In this document: positions 35,751 through 45,365 of the stretch, piece by piece
Numbering within the stretch: position 1 is the first letter of the stretch
Layout: each line of letters opens with the position of its first letter
From: Actinomycetales bacterium
GTDB lineage: Bacteria > Actinomycetota > Actinomycetes > S36-B12 > UBA5976
Assembly: GCA_027484085.1 (NCBI GenBank)
Contig: JAIXQF010000010.1
Location: 186,970 to 250,969 of the forward strand
Direction of reading: 5' to 3'
DNA length: 64,000 nucleotides
Program-made: the position numbers and the translations under genes
Notes under the pieces: model-generated
The model's input: the letters and a program-made list of their open reading frames with translations, nothing else
What the model was told of the DNA's origin: nothing
The model's database searches: none

Positions 35751-38700
35751 CTACGCCTTGCTGATCAATACCTTTAAGCCAAGTTCTTCATCACTTGCTG
35801 TCGGATCAGTAACTTTGCCTTGAACCCAAGTGGTAGCCAATACTTCACTGGCTACTAACTCAGCATGCGAAGTTAGGGCTGAAGTTGTGGCATCGACATC
35901 AGATTCCCAAGTCACGGTAATTCGATCGCTAATGTCTAGCCCCGATGACTTTCGAGCGTCTTGAATCAAGCGTGTTACATCTCTTGCGATGCCTTGGCCA
36001 ATAAGTTCTGGTGTGAGAGCTAGATCCAGTGCTAATGATTCTCCGGAATCGCTTGCAACAGTCCAGCCTTCACGTGGGACTTCGGTCACCACCACATCAT
36101 CTGGACCAATCTGCTGTTCAACTCCAGATACCAGTACCGTTGCCGATCCAGTCCGCAATGCCTCAACTAAAGCTTTGGCATCCGCGGCGGCGATGGCTGC
36201 GGCAATTTCAGGCGTGCTCTTGCCAAACCTTGCGCCAAGTGTTTTGAAGTTTGCCTTCAGACTTACATCCACTAACTCACCAGTGCCAGACAGGCTTTCC
36301 AAACTCAAAACATTTACTTCATCTCGAATTTGGGCCTGTAGGCCTTCTGGCAGTGAATCCCAACCTGGCGCGGCAACTAGGGCACGCTGCAGTGGCTGAC
36401 GAGTCTTTACTCCGGATGCGGCGCGAGCCGAACGTCCCAATTCAACTAGGCGTCGAGTTAGATCAACTTGATCCCGCAAGGTGTCACTGATCTGGTCATC
36501 TGACCACTGTGGCCATGAACTCAAGTGCACCGATTCAGTTTCTGAAGTTGTGTACAAGTCCTGCCACACTCTCTCAGTGATGAACGGAGTAAATGGCGCC
36601 ATAACTTGAGTCACAACTTTCAGGCAATGGTGCAACGTGCTCAACGCAGCGTGATCGGCATCCCAGAAGCGACGACGAGAGCGACGGACGTACCAGTTAC
36701 TCAAGTCATCCACGTATTCCGCAATGAATCTTCCAGCCCGCTGAGTATCGAACTGCTCAAGGGCTTGATCGACATCACGCGCCAGGCGAGTGGCCTGTGA
36801 GACTGCCCATTGATCTAAGTCCGTTAATCCTTCGAGAGTTGCGGTGGAGCTATCCCAATCTCCAGCACGGGCATAAAGACTTTGGAAGGCAACGGTGTTC
36901 CAGTAGGTGAGTAGCGTTTTGCGAACTACTTCGGCAATTGTGCCGTGACCTACTCTTCGGGCCTGCCATGGTGAACCACTGACCAGCATGAACCAGCGAA
37001 GTGCATCTGCGCCATGTTCGTCCATTAAGCCAATCGGCTCAAGAACGTTGCCAAGGTGCTTACTCATCTTTCGGCCATCTTCATCAAGAATGTGACCTAG
37101 GCAGAGCACATTTTCGTAAGAAGACTCTTCGAAAACTAGAGTTCCAATGGCCATGAGGGTGTAGAACCAACCACGCGTTTGATCGATTGCTTCGCAGATG
37201 AAGTCCGCAGGGTAACTCGCCTCAAACGTTTCTTTATTGTTTTCTGGGTAGCCCCATTGTGCGAATGGCATTGCACCTGAGTCGTACCAACAGTCGATAA
37301 CTTCTGGAACGCGAGTTGCTAACCCATTGCAATCTGGGCATGCGAACGTGACATCATCAACGAACGGACGATGCGGATCAATAGTTAAGGTTTCATCTCC
37401 AGCAAGTTTTGCAAGTTCCGTTCGCCCACCAACACAGGTCAGGTGGCCTTCTTCGCAGCGCCAGATTGGAAGCGGAGTGCCCCAATATCGATTACGCGAA
37501 AGCGCCCAATCAACATTGTTGTTCAACCAGTCACCAAAACGACCAGCCTTGATGGTGTCCGGGAACCAATTTGTCTTTTCATTCTGTTCGAGCAACTGAC
37601 TCTTAATCTCAGTGGTCTTGATGTACCAAGATGGTTGCGCGTAATAGATCAGTGCAGTGTGGCATCTCCAGCAATGCGGGTAGGAGTGCTCGTAAGGCTG
37701 ATGCCGGAAAAGCAAACCTTTTTCTTCAAGCAATTCAACTAGGCGTGGATCGGCGGCCTTGAAGAAAACTCCCGCCACCTCAGGGACATCGGCTTCAAAA
37801 GTTCCATTTGGGAGTACTGGATTCACAACTGGTAGTCCGTAAGAGCGGCACAGCGCTAGATCCTCGGCACCAAATGCGGGAGCTTCGTGCACAACTCCAG
37901 TTCCATCTTCGGTAGTCACAAAGTCAGCTAGTAAGACGGTGTGAACTGGCGCGTCTGTTTCTGGAAAAGCAACCCAGTCAAATGGACGCTGGTAGCCGGT
38001 TCCTTCAAGATCTTGACCCTTTATGGTTTCTAGAACCTTTGAGTCTTCACCAAGTACTTTTTCGCGTAATGCCTCGGCCAATACCAGATATTCACCGTCT
38101 GCAGTCTGCGCAACTACGTAGTCAACTTCGGCATTTACTGCAGCGGCAGTATTGGAAATCAATGTCCACGGTGTAGTTGTCCAAATTAGTAGTGAAATGC
38201 CCAAGTATTTCTCAGGTAGGTGACCAGTTGTAACTGGGAAGCGCACGTAAACCGATGCATCGACCACATCTTCATACCCTTGAGCGAGTTCGTGATCCGA
38301 AAGTCCCGTGCCACAACGAGGGCAATATGGCGACACTCGGTGATCTTGAACTAACAGGCCTTTATCAAAAATCCGCTTCAGGCTCCACCAAACACTGTCG
38401 ATGTATTTCTCATCCATCGTCCAGTAAGCTTGGTCCATATCAACCCAGTAGCCCATGCGAGCCGTCATGCTCTCAAATTCATCAACGTGACGAAGCACTG
38501 ATTCTTTGCATCGGGCGTTGAACTCTGCAATGCCATATTTCTCAATGTCTTGCTTGCCGGTGAAACCTAATTCTTTTTCAACTGCAAGTTCAACTGGCAA
38601 CCCATGACAATCCCATCCCGCCTTACGCGGAACGTTGTATCCCTTCATGGTGCGATAGCGCGGAAAGATGTCCTTAAAGACTCGAGCTTCAACGTGATGC

Positions 38701-38870
38701 GTACCAGGCATACCGTTTGCTGTTGGAGGGCCTTCATAAAAAACCCAACGAGGCCCATCGCTGGTTCGGCTAAGTGATTTGTGAAAGATGTCATTGTCTT
38801 TCCAAAACGAGAGCACGTCATGCTCCATCGCTGGGAGATCAATTTTCGCGGGGACATCGCGGTATGTCAT
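35751..38870 (-). CDS. ileS: Isoleucine--tRNA ligase
   Basis: 1039 aa with PTANGMPGTHHV (HIGH-type motif), KMSKHLGN (KMSKS), and editing-domain and Zn-finger-like CPRCG/CWRC pairs. Confidence 0.95.
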   Translation of the reverse strand: MTYRDVPAKIDLPAMEHDVLSFWKDNDIFHKSLSRTSDGPRWVFYEGPPTANGMPGTHHVEARVFKDIFPRYRTMKGYNVPRKAGWDCHGLPVELAVEKELGFTGKQDIEKYGIAEFNARCKESVLRHVDEFESMTARMGYWVDMDQAYWTMDEKYIDSVWWSLKRIFDKGLLVQDHRVSPYCPRCGTGLSDHELAQGYEDVVDASVYVRFPVTTGHLPEKYLGISLLIWTTTPWTLISNTAAAVNAEVDYVVAQTADGEYLVLAEALREKVLGEDSKVLETIKGQDLEGTGYQRPFDWVAFPETDAPVHTVLLADFVTTEDGTGVVHEAPAFGAEDLALCRSYGLPVVNPVLPNGTFEADVPEVAGVFFKAADPRLVELLEEKGLLFRHQPYEHSYPHCWRCHTALIYYAQPSWYIKTTEIKSQLLEQNEKTNWFPDTIKAGRFGDWLNNNVDWALSRNRYWGTPLPIWRCEEGHLTCVGGRTELAKLAGDETLTIDPHRPFVDDVTFACPDCNGLATRVPEVIDCWYDSGAMPFAQWGYPENNKETFEASYPADFICEAIDQTRGWFYTLMAIGTLVFEESSYENVLCLGHILDEDGRKMSKHLGNVLEPIGLMDEHGADALRWFMLVSGSPWQARRVGHGTIAEVVRKTLLTYWNTVAFQSLYARAGDWDSSTATLEGLTDLDQWAVSQATRLARDVDQALEQFDTQRAGRFIAEYVDDLSNWYVRRSRRRFWDADHAALSTLHHCLKVVTQVMAPFTPFITERVWQDLYTTSETESVHLSSWPQWSDDQISDTLRDQVDLTRRLVELGRSARAASGVKTRQPLQRALVAAPGWDSLPEGLQAQIRDEVNVLSLESLSGTGELVDVSLKANFKTLGARFGKSTPEIAAAIAAADAKALVEALRTGSATVLVSGVEQQIGPDDVVVTEVPREGWTVASDSGESLALDLALTPELIGQGIARDVTRLIQDARKSSGLDISDRITVTWESDVDATTSALTSHAELVASEVLATTWVQGKVTDPTASDEELGLKVLISKA

Positions 38871-39100
38871 CAGTTTTCCTAATCGCTAGCAGTCAATAAT
38901 CAATCCCGCCGTTTGGCGGATTTGATTTCAAGGGACGAGATGGCTGTTAACCCATTCCCGCGGTACCACCCTTGTTGACTTTGCTTTAGCGCCGCAAAAT
39001 CCACTTAAGTTCTAATCGACCGTCTCGTTCTACTAAGCGCTACTTTCGGAATTAGATCCGCGGTAACGCTTTTCTTCGAGGCAACTCAGAAGTGATATTG
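38871..39100 (-). promoter_or_regulatory. T-box riboswitch leader of ileS
   Basis: The minus strand reads CAAGGGUGGUACCGCGGG (plus-strand coordinates 38974-38957), the conserved T-box sequence. It can form an antiterminator-like helix CAAGGG[UGGUACC]GCGGGAAUGG...CCAUCUCGUCCCUUG. AGUA/GAA S-turn-like elements and candidate Ile codons lie upstream. The 5' boundary is approximate. Confidence 0.75.
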
Positions 39101-39444
39101 CGCAATACGACACCAGTTTTGGGCTTACACCGTCCCCAATTCGCTGATTTGGTGCTGTTGGCTGCGCAATGTGTCTTCATCATCGTTTTGCCGACTAACA
39201 ACAAAGATTACTTGGAATCGCTGATTATTCCCATTTTGCTAGGGATTCAGGTGCTCTCAGGCGAGGCCAGAACCTGGCAATGGGCACTTTGGTCGACCCA
39301 AATCCTGAGTAAAGTTCGCAAAACCCGCACCAAATTGCACAATATGGCGTTTTGACGTACCTTACAGCGGGCATTATGTAACGGACTCGGTAGAGTCTAG
39401 TGACTTAGTCGATAACACTTAAGGCTTAACTAAAGGGGAACATC

Positions 39445-40281
39445 ATGGCTGCGAAACCAGCTAAGAAAGCGCCGGCAAAGGCAAGTGCTGCTAAAAAGGC
39501 TCCTGCTAAAAAGGCTCCCGCCAAAAAAGCCCCAGTTGCTAAGAAGGTTGCTGCCAAGAAGGCTCCGACTAAAGCCACTCCTGCCAAGGCAGCTAAGAAA
39601 TCAGCGCCGGTAAAAGCGGCGAAGAAGCCTGCGGTTAAGAAGGCAGCGCCAGCAAAACCAGTGAAAAAGGTCGCTCCAGTTAAGCCTGTTAAGAAAGCTG
39701 CTGAGCCAAAGCCAGTTGTAGTTAAAGAGCCAAAAGTTACGAAAGCCCAGCTTGCTGCTATCGCAAAAGCGGAAGCCGCTGCAGCCGCCGCACTAGCCGG
39801 TCCACCTGTTCAGGTTATTAACCCGATTGGTTCTGTTGGTCTGCCGTCTGTTCGTAAAGCTGTACCAGGTAAAAAAGCCGCTCCAAAACATCCGGTGGTT
39901 CAGGAAGACGAATCTAACTGGAGTAAGACGGAATTGAATGCTGTGCGCAAGGCGCTTACTGCGGAAGCCGAAGAACTTGCCCTGGAAATCACACTTGCTG
40001 AAGAAAAGTTCCACGCCTTGATTATGGAAAGTGGCGAAGGCGCCGGTGACGATCAAGCTGATGCCGGAACCAAGACTTTTGAGCGGGAACATGAGATTTC
40101 AATTCTTTCTAACAAGAAGGACTTACTAGACCAAACCAATCGCGCATTAGATCGCATCGAAGCGGGCACTTACGGCGCTTGTGAGAACTGTGGCAAGCAA
40201 ATTGGAAAACTTCGTCTGCAGGAAGCAAATCCTCGCGCAACCATGTGCATGCCTTGCCGCCAGCGCGAAGACCGTTCCTAG
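39445..40281 (+). CDS. Bifunctional histone-H1-like / DksA-TraR zinc-finger protein (DdbA-like)
   Basis: The N-terminal ~95 aa are Lys/Ala/Pro repeats (AKKAPAKKAPAKKAPVAKK...). The C-terminus is a coiled coil plus a C4 zinc finger, CENCGKQIGKLRLQEANPRATMCMPC. The position between ileS and lspA matches Streptomyces ddbA as I recall it. Confidence 0.7.
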   Translation: MAAKPAKKAPAKASAAKKAPAKKAPAKKAPVAKKVAAKKAPTKATPAKAAKKSAPVKAAKKPAVKKAAPAKPVKKVAPVKPVKKAAEPKPVVVKEPKVTKAQLAAIAKAEAAAAAALAGPPVQVINPIGSVGLPSVRKAVPGKKAAPKHPVVQEDESNWSKTELNAVRKALTAEAEELALEITLAEEKFHALIMESGEGAGDDQADAGTKTFEREHEISILSNKKDLLDQTNRALDRIEAGTYGACENCGKQIGKLRLQEANPRATMCMPCRQREDRS

Positions 40282-40285
40282 CGTC

Positions 40286-40789
40286 GTGTATCGTCGACAA
40301 CTTCTCGCAACTGCACTACTCGTCATAATCGTCGATTTGGCGACGAAAGTCTGGGCTGTTGCAAGACTAGAAAATCAATCGGACATCAAATTGATTGGTG
40401 ATTTCCTAAAATTCTCATTCGTGCGAAATCCAGGTGCCGCATTTTCCTTTGGAACAAACGTAACTTGGGTGTTTACGTTAATTGCGATTGCCGTTAGCGT
40501 CGCGATTTTGATTATTTCTCGGACAGTAACGAATAAGCCATGGGCTATTGCCCTTGGTGGCCTACTTGGTGGCGCAGCTGGAAACTTGATTGATCGAATC
40601 TTTAGAAGTCCAGAAGTTTTTCAGGGACACGTAGTGGACTTTATTTCAATCCCGAACTATCCAATGTTCAACATCAGCGATAGCGCTGTTGTGTTATCTG
40701 CAATCGCAATGGTTTTGCTCTCTTTTCGTGGTGTCGAATACCAAACTCCAAATGCAATTCCTAAATCTACGGATGCTGATAAACAATGA
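40286..40789 (+). CDS. lspA: Lipoprotein signal peptidase II
   Basis: DLATKVWA, RNPGAAFS and FNISDSAV motifs. I chose the GTG at 40286; the longer ORF from 40181 overlaps the upstream gene. Confidence 0.85.
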   Translation: MYRRQLLATALLVIIVDLATKVWAVARLENQSDIKLIGDFLKFSFVRNPGAAFSFGTNVTWVFTLIAIAVSVAILIISRTVTNKPWAIALGGLLGGAAGNLIDRIFRSPEVFQGHVVDFISIPNYPMFNISDSAVVLSAIAMVLLSFRGVEYQTPNAIPKSTDADKQ

Positions 40790-41697
40790 TTCGAATGTGG
40801 CCAATAGACGAATCACTTGAAGGCGAGCGTTGCGATGTGGCGTTATCGCGATTGACTGGCGAATCCAGAGCTACTTGTGTGACGTTGCTAGAAAATAAGC
40901 GTGTCAATCTAAACGGTAAAGTCGCGCAAAAAAGTGCCCGGCTGGCATTTGGCGATGTGATTGAAGTTGATCTTCCCGACCCAGACCTTCATGAAGCTGA
41001 ACCTACGGTTGAACTTCCAATTGTTTTTGAAGATGATTCTTTTGTTGTGATTGATAAACCAGCGGGCGTGGCCGCTCATCCAAGCCAAGGCTGGTCTGGC
41101 CCAACCGTTACCGGGTCGCTAACTGCAATGGGAACGGTTCTAACTACCTTCGGTCCATCGGAACGCAAAGGTATTGTGCATCGATTAGATGTTGGCACCA
41201 GCGGTCTAATGGTGGTTACTAAATCCGAACGCGCTTACGTAAGCATTAAGGACCAATTCCGCGATCGAACAGTGGACAAGATTTACCACACGTTAATCCA
41301 GGGCAGATTAGATCCCATCAATGGAACGATTGATGCTCCAATTGATCGTCATCCATCATCTTCATATCGGTTTGCAATCATGAGTGGCGGCCGGCCTAGC
41401 ATTACGCACTACGACACTTTGGAATCTTTTGCCTACGCTTCATTATTAGAAGTTCATCTTGAAACTGGGCGCACGCATCAGATCAGAGTTCACATGTCAG
41501 GCTTACGTCACCCTTGTTGTGGTGACCTGACTTACGGCGCAGACCCAACTTTGGCTGCCAAGTTAAAGCTAGACCGGCAATGGTTGCATGCAGTTCGGTT
41601 AGGTTTCGAACATCCAGTTTCCGGAGAGCGGGTCAGCTTCCAGTCGGAATACGCTCCTGATTTAGCCAAGTCCTTGGATCTGGCCCGAAACCTTTAA
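40786..41697 (+). CDS. rluD: RluA-family 23S rRNA pseudouridine synthase (RluD-like)
   Basis: N-terminal S4-like domain, HRLDVGTSGLMV catalytic motif and GRTHQIRVH. Confidence 0.85.
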   Translation: MIRMWPIDESLEGERCDVALSRLTGESRATCVTLLENKRVNLNGKVAQKSARLAFGDVIEVDLPDPDLHEAEPTVELPIVFEDDSFVVIDKPAGVAAHPSQGWSGPTVTGSLTAMGTVLTTFGPSERKGIVHRLDVGTSGLMVVTKSERAYVSIKDQFRDRTVDKIYHTLIQGRLDPINGTIDAPIDRHPSSSYRFAIMSGGRPSITHYDTLESFAYASLLEVHLETGRTHQIRVHMSGLRHPCCGDLTYGADPTLAAKLKLDRQWLHAVRLGFEHPVSGERVSFQSEYAPDLAKSLDLARNL

Positions 41698-41810
41698 ACC
41701 GCCTGAAATTGCTTCCACCCACTGCACTTTCTTGTCACCGGTCGCAGGTAACCTAGGGGAGCGTCCTTCCTCTCGCGTACGTACCCTCTGATCCAAAAGG
41801 AACAACTCCA

Positions 41811-44800
41811 GTGAGCAATGACTCGTTCGTGCATCTTCATGTGCACACTGAGTATTCAATGCTGGATGGTGCTGCGCGCTTAACGGATCTATTTTCAAAA
41901 GCCGATGAGCTTGGCATGCCAGCAATCGCAATGACGGATCATGGCAATCTATATGGCGCTTTTGAGTTCTGGAAAAAAGCACAAGCTACCAACGTAAAGC
42001 CCATCATTGGCATTGAAGGTTATTACGCACCACAAGGCCGCACACTTCGCGCGCCATTTGATTTTGGCACTCCAGCTGTAGATGACACTTCATTAGATGG
42101 CGCTGGGCGCGGTAGATACAACTACACCCACATGACGCTTTGGGCCGAAAACAATGTCGGACTTCACAATTTGTTCAGGCTTTCCAGTAAAGCGAGCCTT
42201 GAAGGCTACTACTACCAACCTCGCTTTGATGCTGAGTTACTTTCTCAATATGGTTCTGGACTAATCGGAACAACGGGTTGTCCTTCAGGTGAAGTAAACC
42301 GCTGGCTTCAGGCTGGAAACTATGACAAAGCGTTAAGTACTGCCGCAACTATGCGCGAAATTATGGGGCAGGACAATTACTTCGTCGAATTAATGGATCA
42401 TGGCATTGGGATTGAACGCCGACATCGCGAAGACTTGCTAAAGATTGCCAAGAATTTGAACTTGAAGTTAGTCGCAACAAATGATTTACATTACGTTTAT
42501 CCCGAAGATGCTCAAATGCACGAAGTTTTACTATGCATTGGTACGCGCGCCACGATGGATGATCCAAAACGATTTAAGTTTGATGCTCAAGATTTTTACT
42601 TAAAGACTGCTGCCGAAATGCGCGAAGTGTGGCGCGAACTTCCCGATGCCTGCGACAACACTTTGCTAATTGCTGAACGTTGCAACATTAACTTTGTTGA
42701 AGGCCAAGATTTGTTGCCCTCGTTCCCAGTCCCTGCTGGCGAGACTGAGAACACTTGGTTGGTAAAAGAAGTTGAAATTGGATTAAAGCGTCGATTCAAT
42801 AGCGACAAAATTCCAAAAGAGCATTTGGAGCGCGCAAAGTTTGAACTAGCTGTTGTTGAGCAAATGGGATTCCCGGGTTACTTCTTGGTGGTTGCTGACC
42901 TTTGTCGACATGCGCGCGAAGAGGGAATTCGCGTTGGGCCAGGCCGAGGTTCTGCAGCTGGAGCATTGATCGCATGGGCACTTGGCATCACCGAACTTGA
43001 TCCAATTAAGCACGGTTTGCTTTTTGAGCGCTTCCTAAATCCAGAGCGAATTTCTATGCCTGACATTGACATTGACTTTGATGAACGCCGACGTAGCGAA
43101 ATGATTCGGTATGCAACGCATAAGTATGGCGAAGAGCGCGTAGCCCAGATCATTACCTATGCCTCGATTAAGGCCAAAGCTGCGGTCAAGGATTCAACTC
43201 GAGCGCTTGGCTTCCCTTATGCGCTGGGGGACAAGATTACGAAAGCAATGCCTCCGGGCGTGATGGGCAAGGACATCCCGCTGTCTGGAATTTTTGATCC
43301 AAATCACGATCGTTATGGTGAGGCTGGCGAGTTCCGAGATTTATACGACGAAGACGCTGATGTTCGTGCCGTAGTTGATACTGCACGAGGTATCGAAGGC
43401 CTAAAGCGTCAGCCTGGCGTGCACGCAGCCGGCGTAATTTTGTGTAAAGAAGAACTGATCGACGTCTTGCCGGTGTGGCGACGAGACCAAGATGGCGCTG
43501 TTATCACGCAGTTCGATATGGGAGCCTGCGAATCCCTGGGACTTCTCAAGATGGACTTTTTGGGGCTGCGTAACTTAACGGTTCTCGATGACACTTTGCT
43601 AAACATTAAGTCGAATCGAAATGAGACTGTCGTTCTCGAAGATCTTGGCTTGGACGATCCAAAAACATATGAGTTGCTGGCCCGAGGCGACACCCTTGGA
43701 GTTTTCCAATTGGATAGTGGTCCAATCAGGTCCTTGTTGCGTTCTATGAACCCTGATTCATTCGAAGATATTTCCGCTGTCTTGGCTTTGTATCGACCTG
43801 GACCTATGGGTGTAAATGCCCATACCGATTACGCAGATTACAAAAACAAGCGCAAGGCCCAAGTTCCAATTCACCCAGATCTTGAAAAGCCGTTAGCTGG
43901 CATTTTGGGCGATACCTATGGCCTGATCGTTTATCAAGAGCAAGTTATGGCGATTGCCCAAGAAGTTGCTGGCTACACACTTGGTCAAGCAGATCTTTTG
44001 CGACGCGCTATGGGTAAGAAGAAAAAGGAAATCCTGGACAAGGAATACCTTCCATTCGAAGCCGGCATGAAGGAACGTGGCTTTGCGCAAGATGCAATCA
44101 ACAAGTTATGGGAAACGCTTGTTCCGTTCTCGGACTATGCATTCAATAAAGCGCACAGTGCTGGTTACGGCCTGGTTTCCTACTGGACCGCTTACTTAAA
44201 GGCCAACTATCCAGCTGAATACATGGCTGCTTTGCTTACCAGTGTGAAAGACGACAAAGACAAATCGGCAGTTTATCTAAATGAATGCCGTCGCATGGGA
44301 ATCAAAGTATTGCCTCCTGACGTTAATGAATCGGATGTCGACTTCACTGCAATTGGAACTGATATCCGCTTTGGACTAGCCGCAGTTCGAAATGTTGGCG
44401 TAAATGTTGTGGAGTCATTGAAAGTAAGTCGCGCTGAAAAAGGAAGATTCAATTCCTTTGGTGACTTCCTGGCAAAAGTTGACGTACAGGTATGCAATAA
44501 GCGAGTGATTGAATCGCTAATCAAAGCTGGTGCCTTTGATTCCTTAGGTCATACTCGCCGCGGGTTGTTTGCAGTTCACGTGGAATCTGTCGATTCGGTT
44601 TTGGACACCAAGAAAGCCGAAGCTATCGGGCAGTTTGATCTCTTTGGCACCTCAGATGATTTCTCGGACGATGCAATTGGCGGAATCGAGGTCAATATAT
44701 CTCTTGATGAATGGGATAAGAAAACTTTGCTGGCCCAAGAGCGAGACATGCTTGGTCTTTACGTAAGCGATCATCCGCTATTTGGGGTTGAACATGTTTT

Positions 44801-45365
44801 GGCAATGAGTACCTCAATGTCTATATCTGGTGTCGCGGATGCCTCAGACGGCGCAGTTGTAACACTTGGTGGACTTGTCAGCAGCGTTCAGCTGAAAACC
44901 ACAAAGCGATCTGGTGATCGGTGGGCCATCGTTGCACTCGAAGATCTTGAAGGCGTCGTAGAAGTAATGGTTTGGCCAAATACATTTACAAAGTTTGCCA
45001 CGCTACTCAACGACGATGCGATTTTGCTTATGAAAGTTCGCATTGATAAGCGCGATGATGAAGGACCACGAGTCGCCGCGCTTGAAATTTCTGTTCCAGA
45101 CATCAGTGCCGCCCATTCCGGACCGGTAAATGTCTACATCCCTGAAACTCGAGTCAATGCAGCGGTTATGGATTCATTGCGACAGATCCTAACCGCGCAT
45201 CCAGGCACGACTGAAGTTCATTTAACCGTCGTACAGGCAGAAAAGTTTGTATCAGTTAAAACGGATGACAAGTTACGAGTGGCTCCGTCACCTTCACTCT
45301 TCGCAGACCTAAAGGCACTGCTTGGTGCTGCTTGTTTAGAAGCACCAGTACTGCAAACCAATTAG
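41811..45365 (+). CDS. dnaE: Replicative DNA polymerase III alpha subunit (DnaE1)
   Basis: 1184 aa with an intact PHP domain (FVHLHVHTEYSMLDGA...MTDHGNLYG), MPDIDIDFD and FNKAHSAGYG. Confidence 0.95.
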   Translation: MSNDSFVHLHVHTEYSMLDGAARLTDLFSKADELGMPAIAMTDHGNLYGAFEFWKKAQATNVKPIIGIEGYYAPQGRTLRAPFDFGTPAVDDTSLDGAGRGRYNYTHMTLWAENNVGLHNLFRLSSKASLEGYYYQPRFDAELLSQYGSGLIGTTGCPSGEVNRWLQAGNYDKALSTAATMREIMGQDNYFVELMDHGIGIERRHREDLLKIAKNLNLKLVATNDLHYVYPEDAQMHEVLLCIGTRATMDDPKRFKFDAQDFYLKTAAEMREVWRELPDACDNTLLIAERCNINFVEGQDLLPSFPVPAGETENTWLVKEVEIGLKRRFNSDKIPKEHLERAKFELAVVEQMGFPGYFLVVADLCRHAREEGIRVGPGRGSAAGALIAWALGITELDPIKHGLLFERFLNPERISMPDIDIDFDERRRSEMIRYATHKYGEERVAQIITYASIKAKAAVKDSTRALGFPYALGDKITKAMPPGVMGKDIPLSGIFDPNHDRYGEAGEFRDLYDEDADVRAVVDTARGIEGLKRQPGVHAAGVILCKEELIDVLPVWRRDQDGAVITQFDMGACESLGLLKMDFLGLRNLTVLDDTLLNIKSNRNETVVLEDLGLDDPKTYELLARGDTLGVFQLDSGPIRSLLRSMNPDSFEDISAVLALYRPGPMGVNAHTDYADYKNKRKAQVPIHPDLEKPLAGILGDTYGLIVYQEQVMAIAQEVAGYTLGQADLLRRAMGKKKKEILDKEYLPFEAGMKERGFAQDAINKLWETLVPFSDYAFNKAHSAGYGLVSYWTAYLKANYPAEYMAALLTSVKDDKDKSAVYLNECRRMGIKVLPPDVNESDVDFTAIGTDIRFGLAAVRNVGVNVVESLKVSRAEKGRFNSFGDFLAKVDVQVCNKRVIESLIKAGAFDSLGHTRRGLFAVHVESVDSVLDTKKAEAIGQFDLFGTSDDFSDDAIGGIEVNISLDEWDKKTLLAQERDMLGLYVSDHPLFGVEHVLAMSTSMSISGVADASDGAVVTLGGLVSSVQLKTTKRSGDRWAIVALEDLEGVVEVMVWPNTFTKFATLLNDDAILLMKVRIDKRDDEGPRVAALEISVPDISAAHSGPVNVYIPETRVNAAVMDSLRQILTAHPGTTEVHLTVVQAEKFVSVKTDDKLRVAPSPSLFADLKALLGAACLEAPVLQTN

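Noticed and set aside
39445-39730. AKKAP-encoding region as a non-coding DNA tandem repeat
   Set aside because: The reading frame stays open and in phase with the downstream DksA-like domain, and the repeats are imperfect at the DNA level but conserved at the peptide level. It is a coding low-complexity domain.
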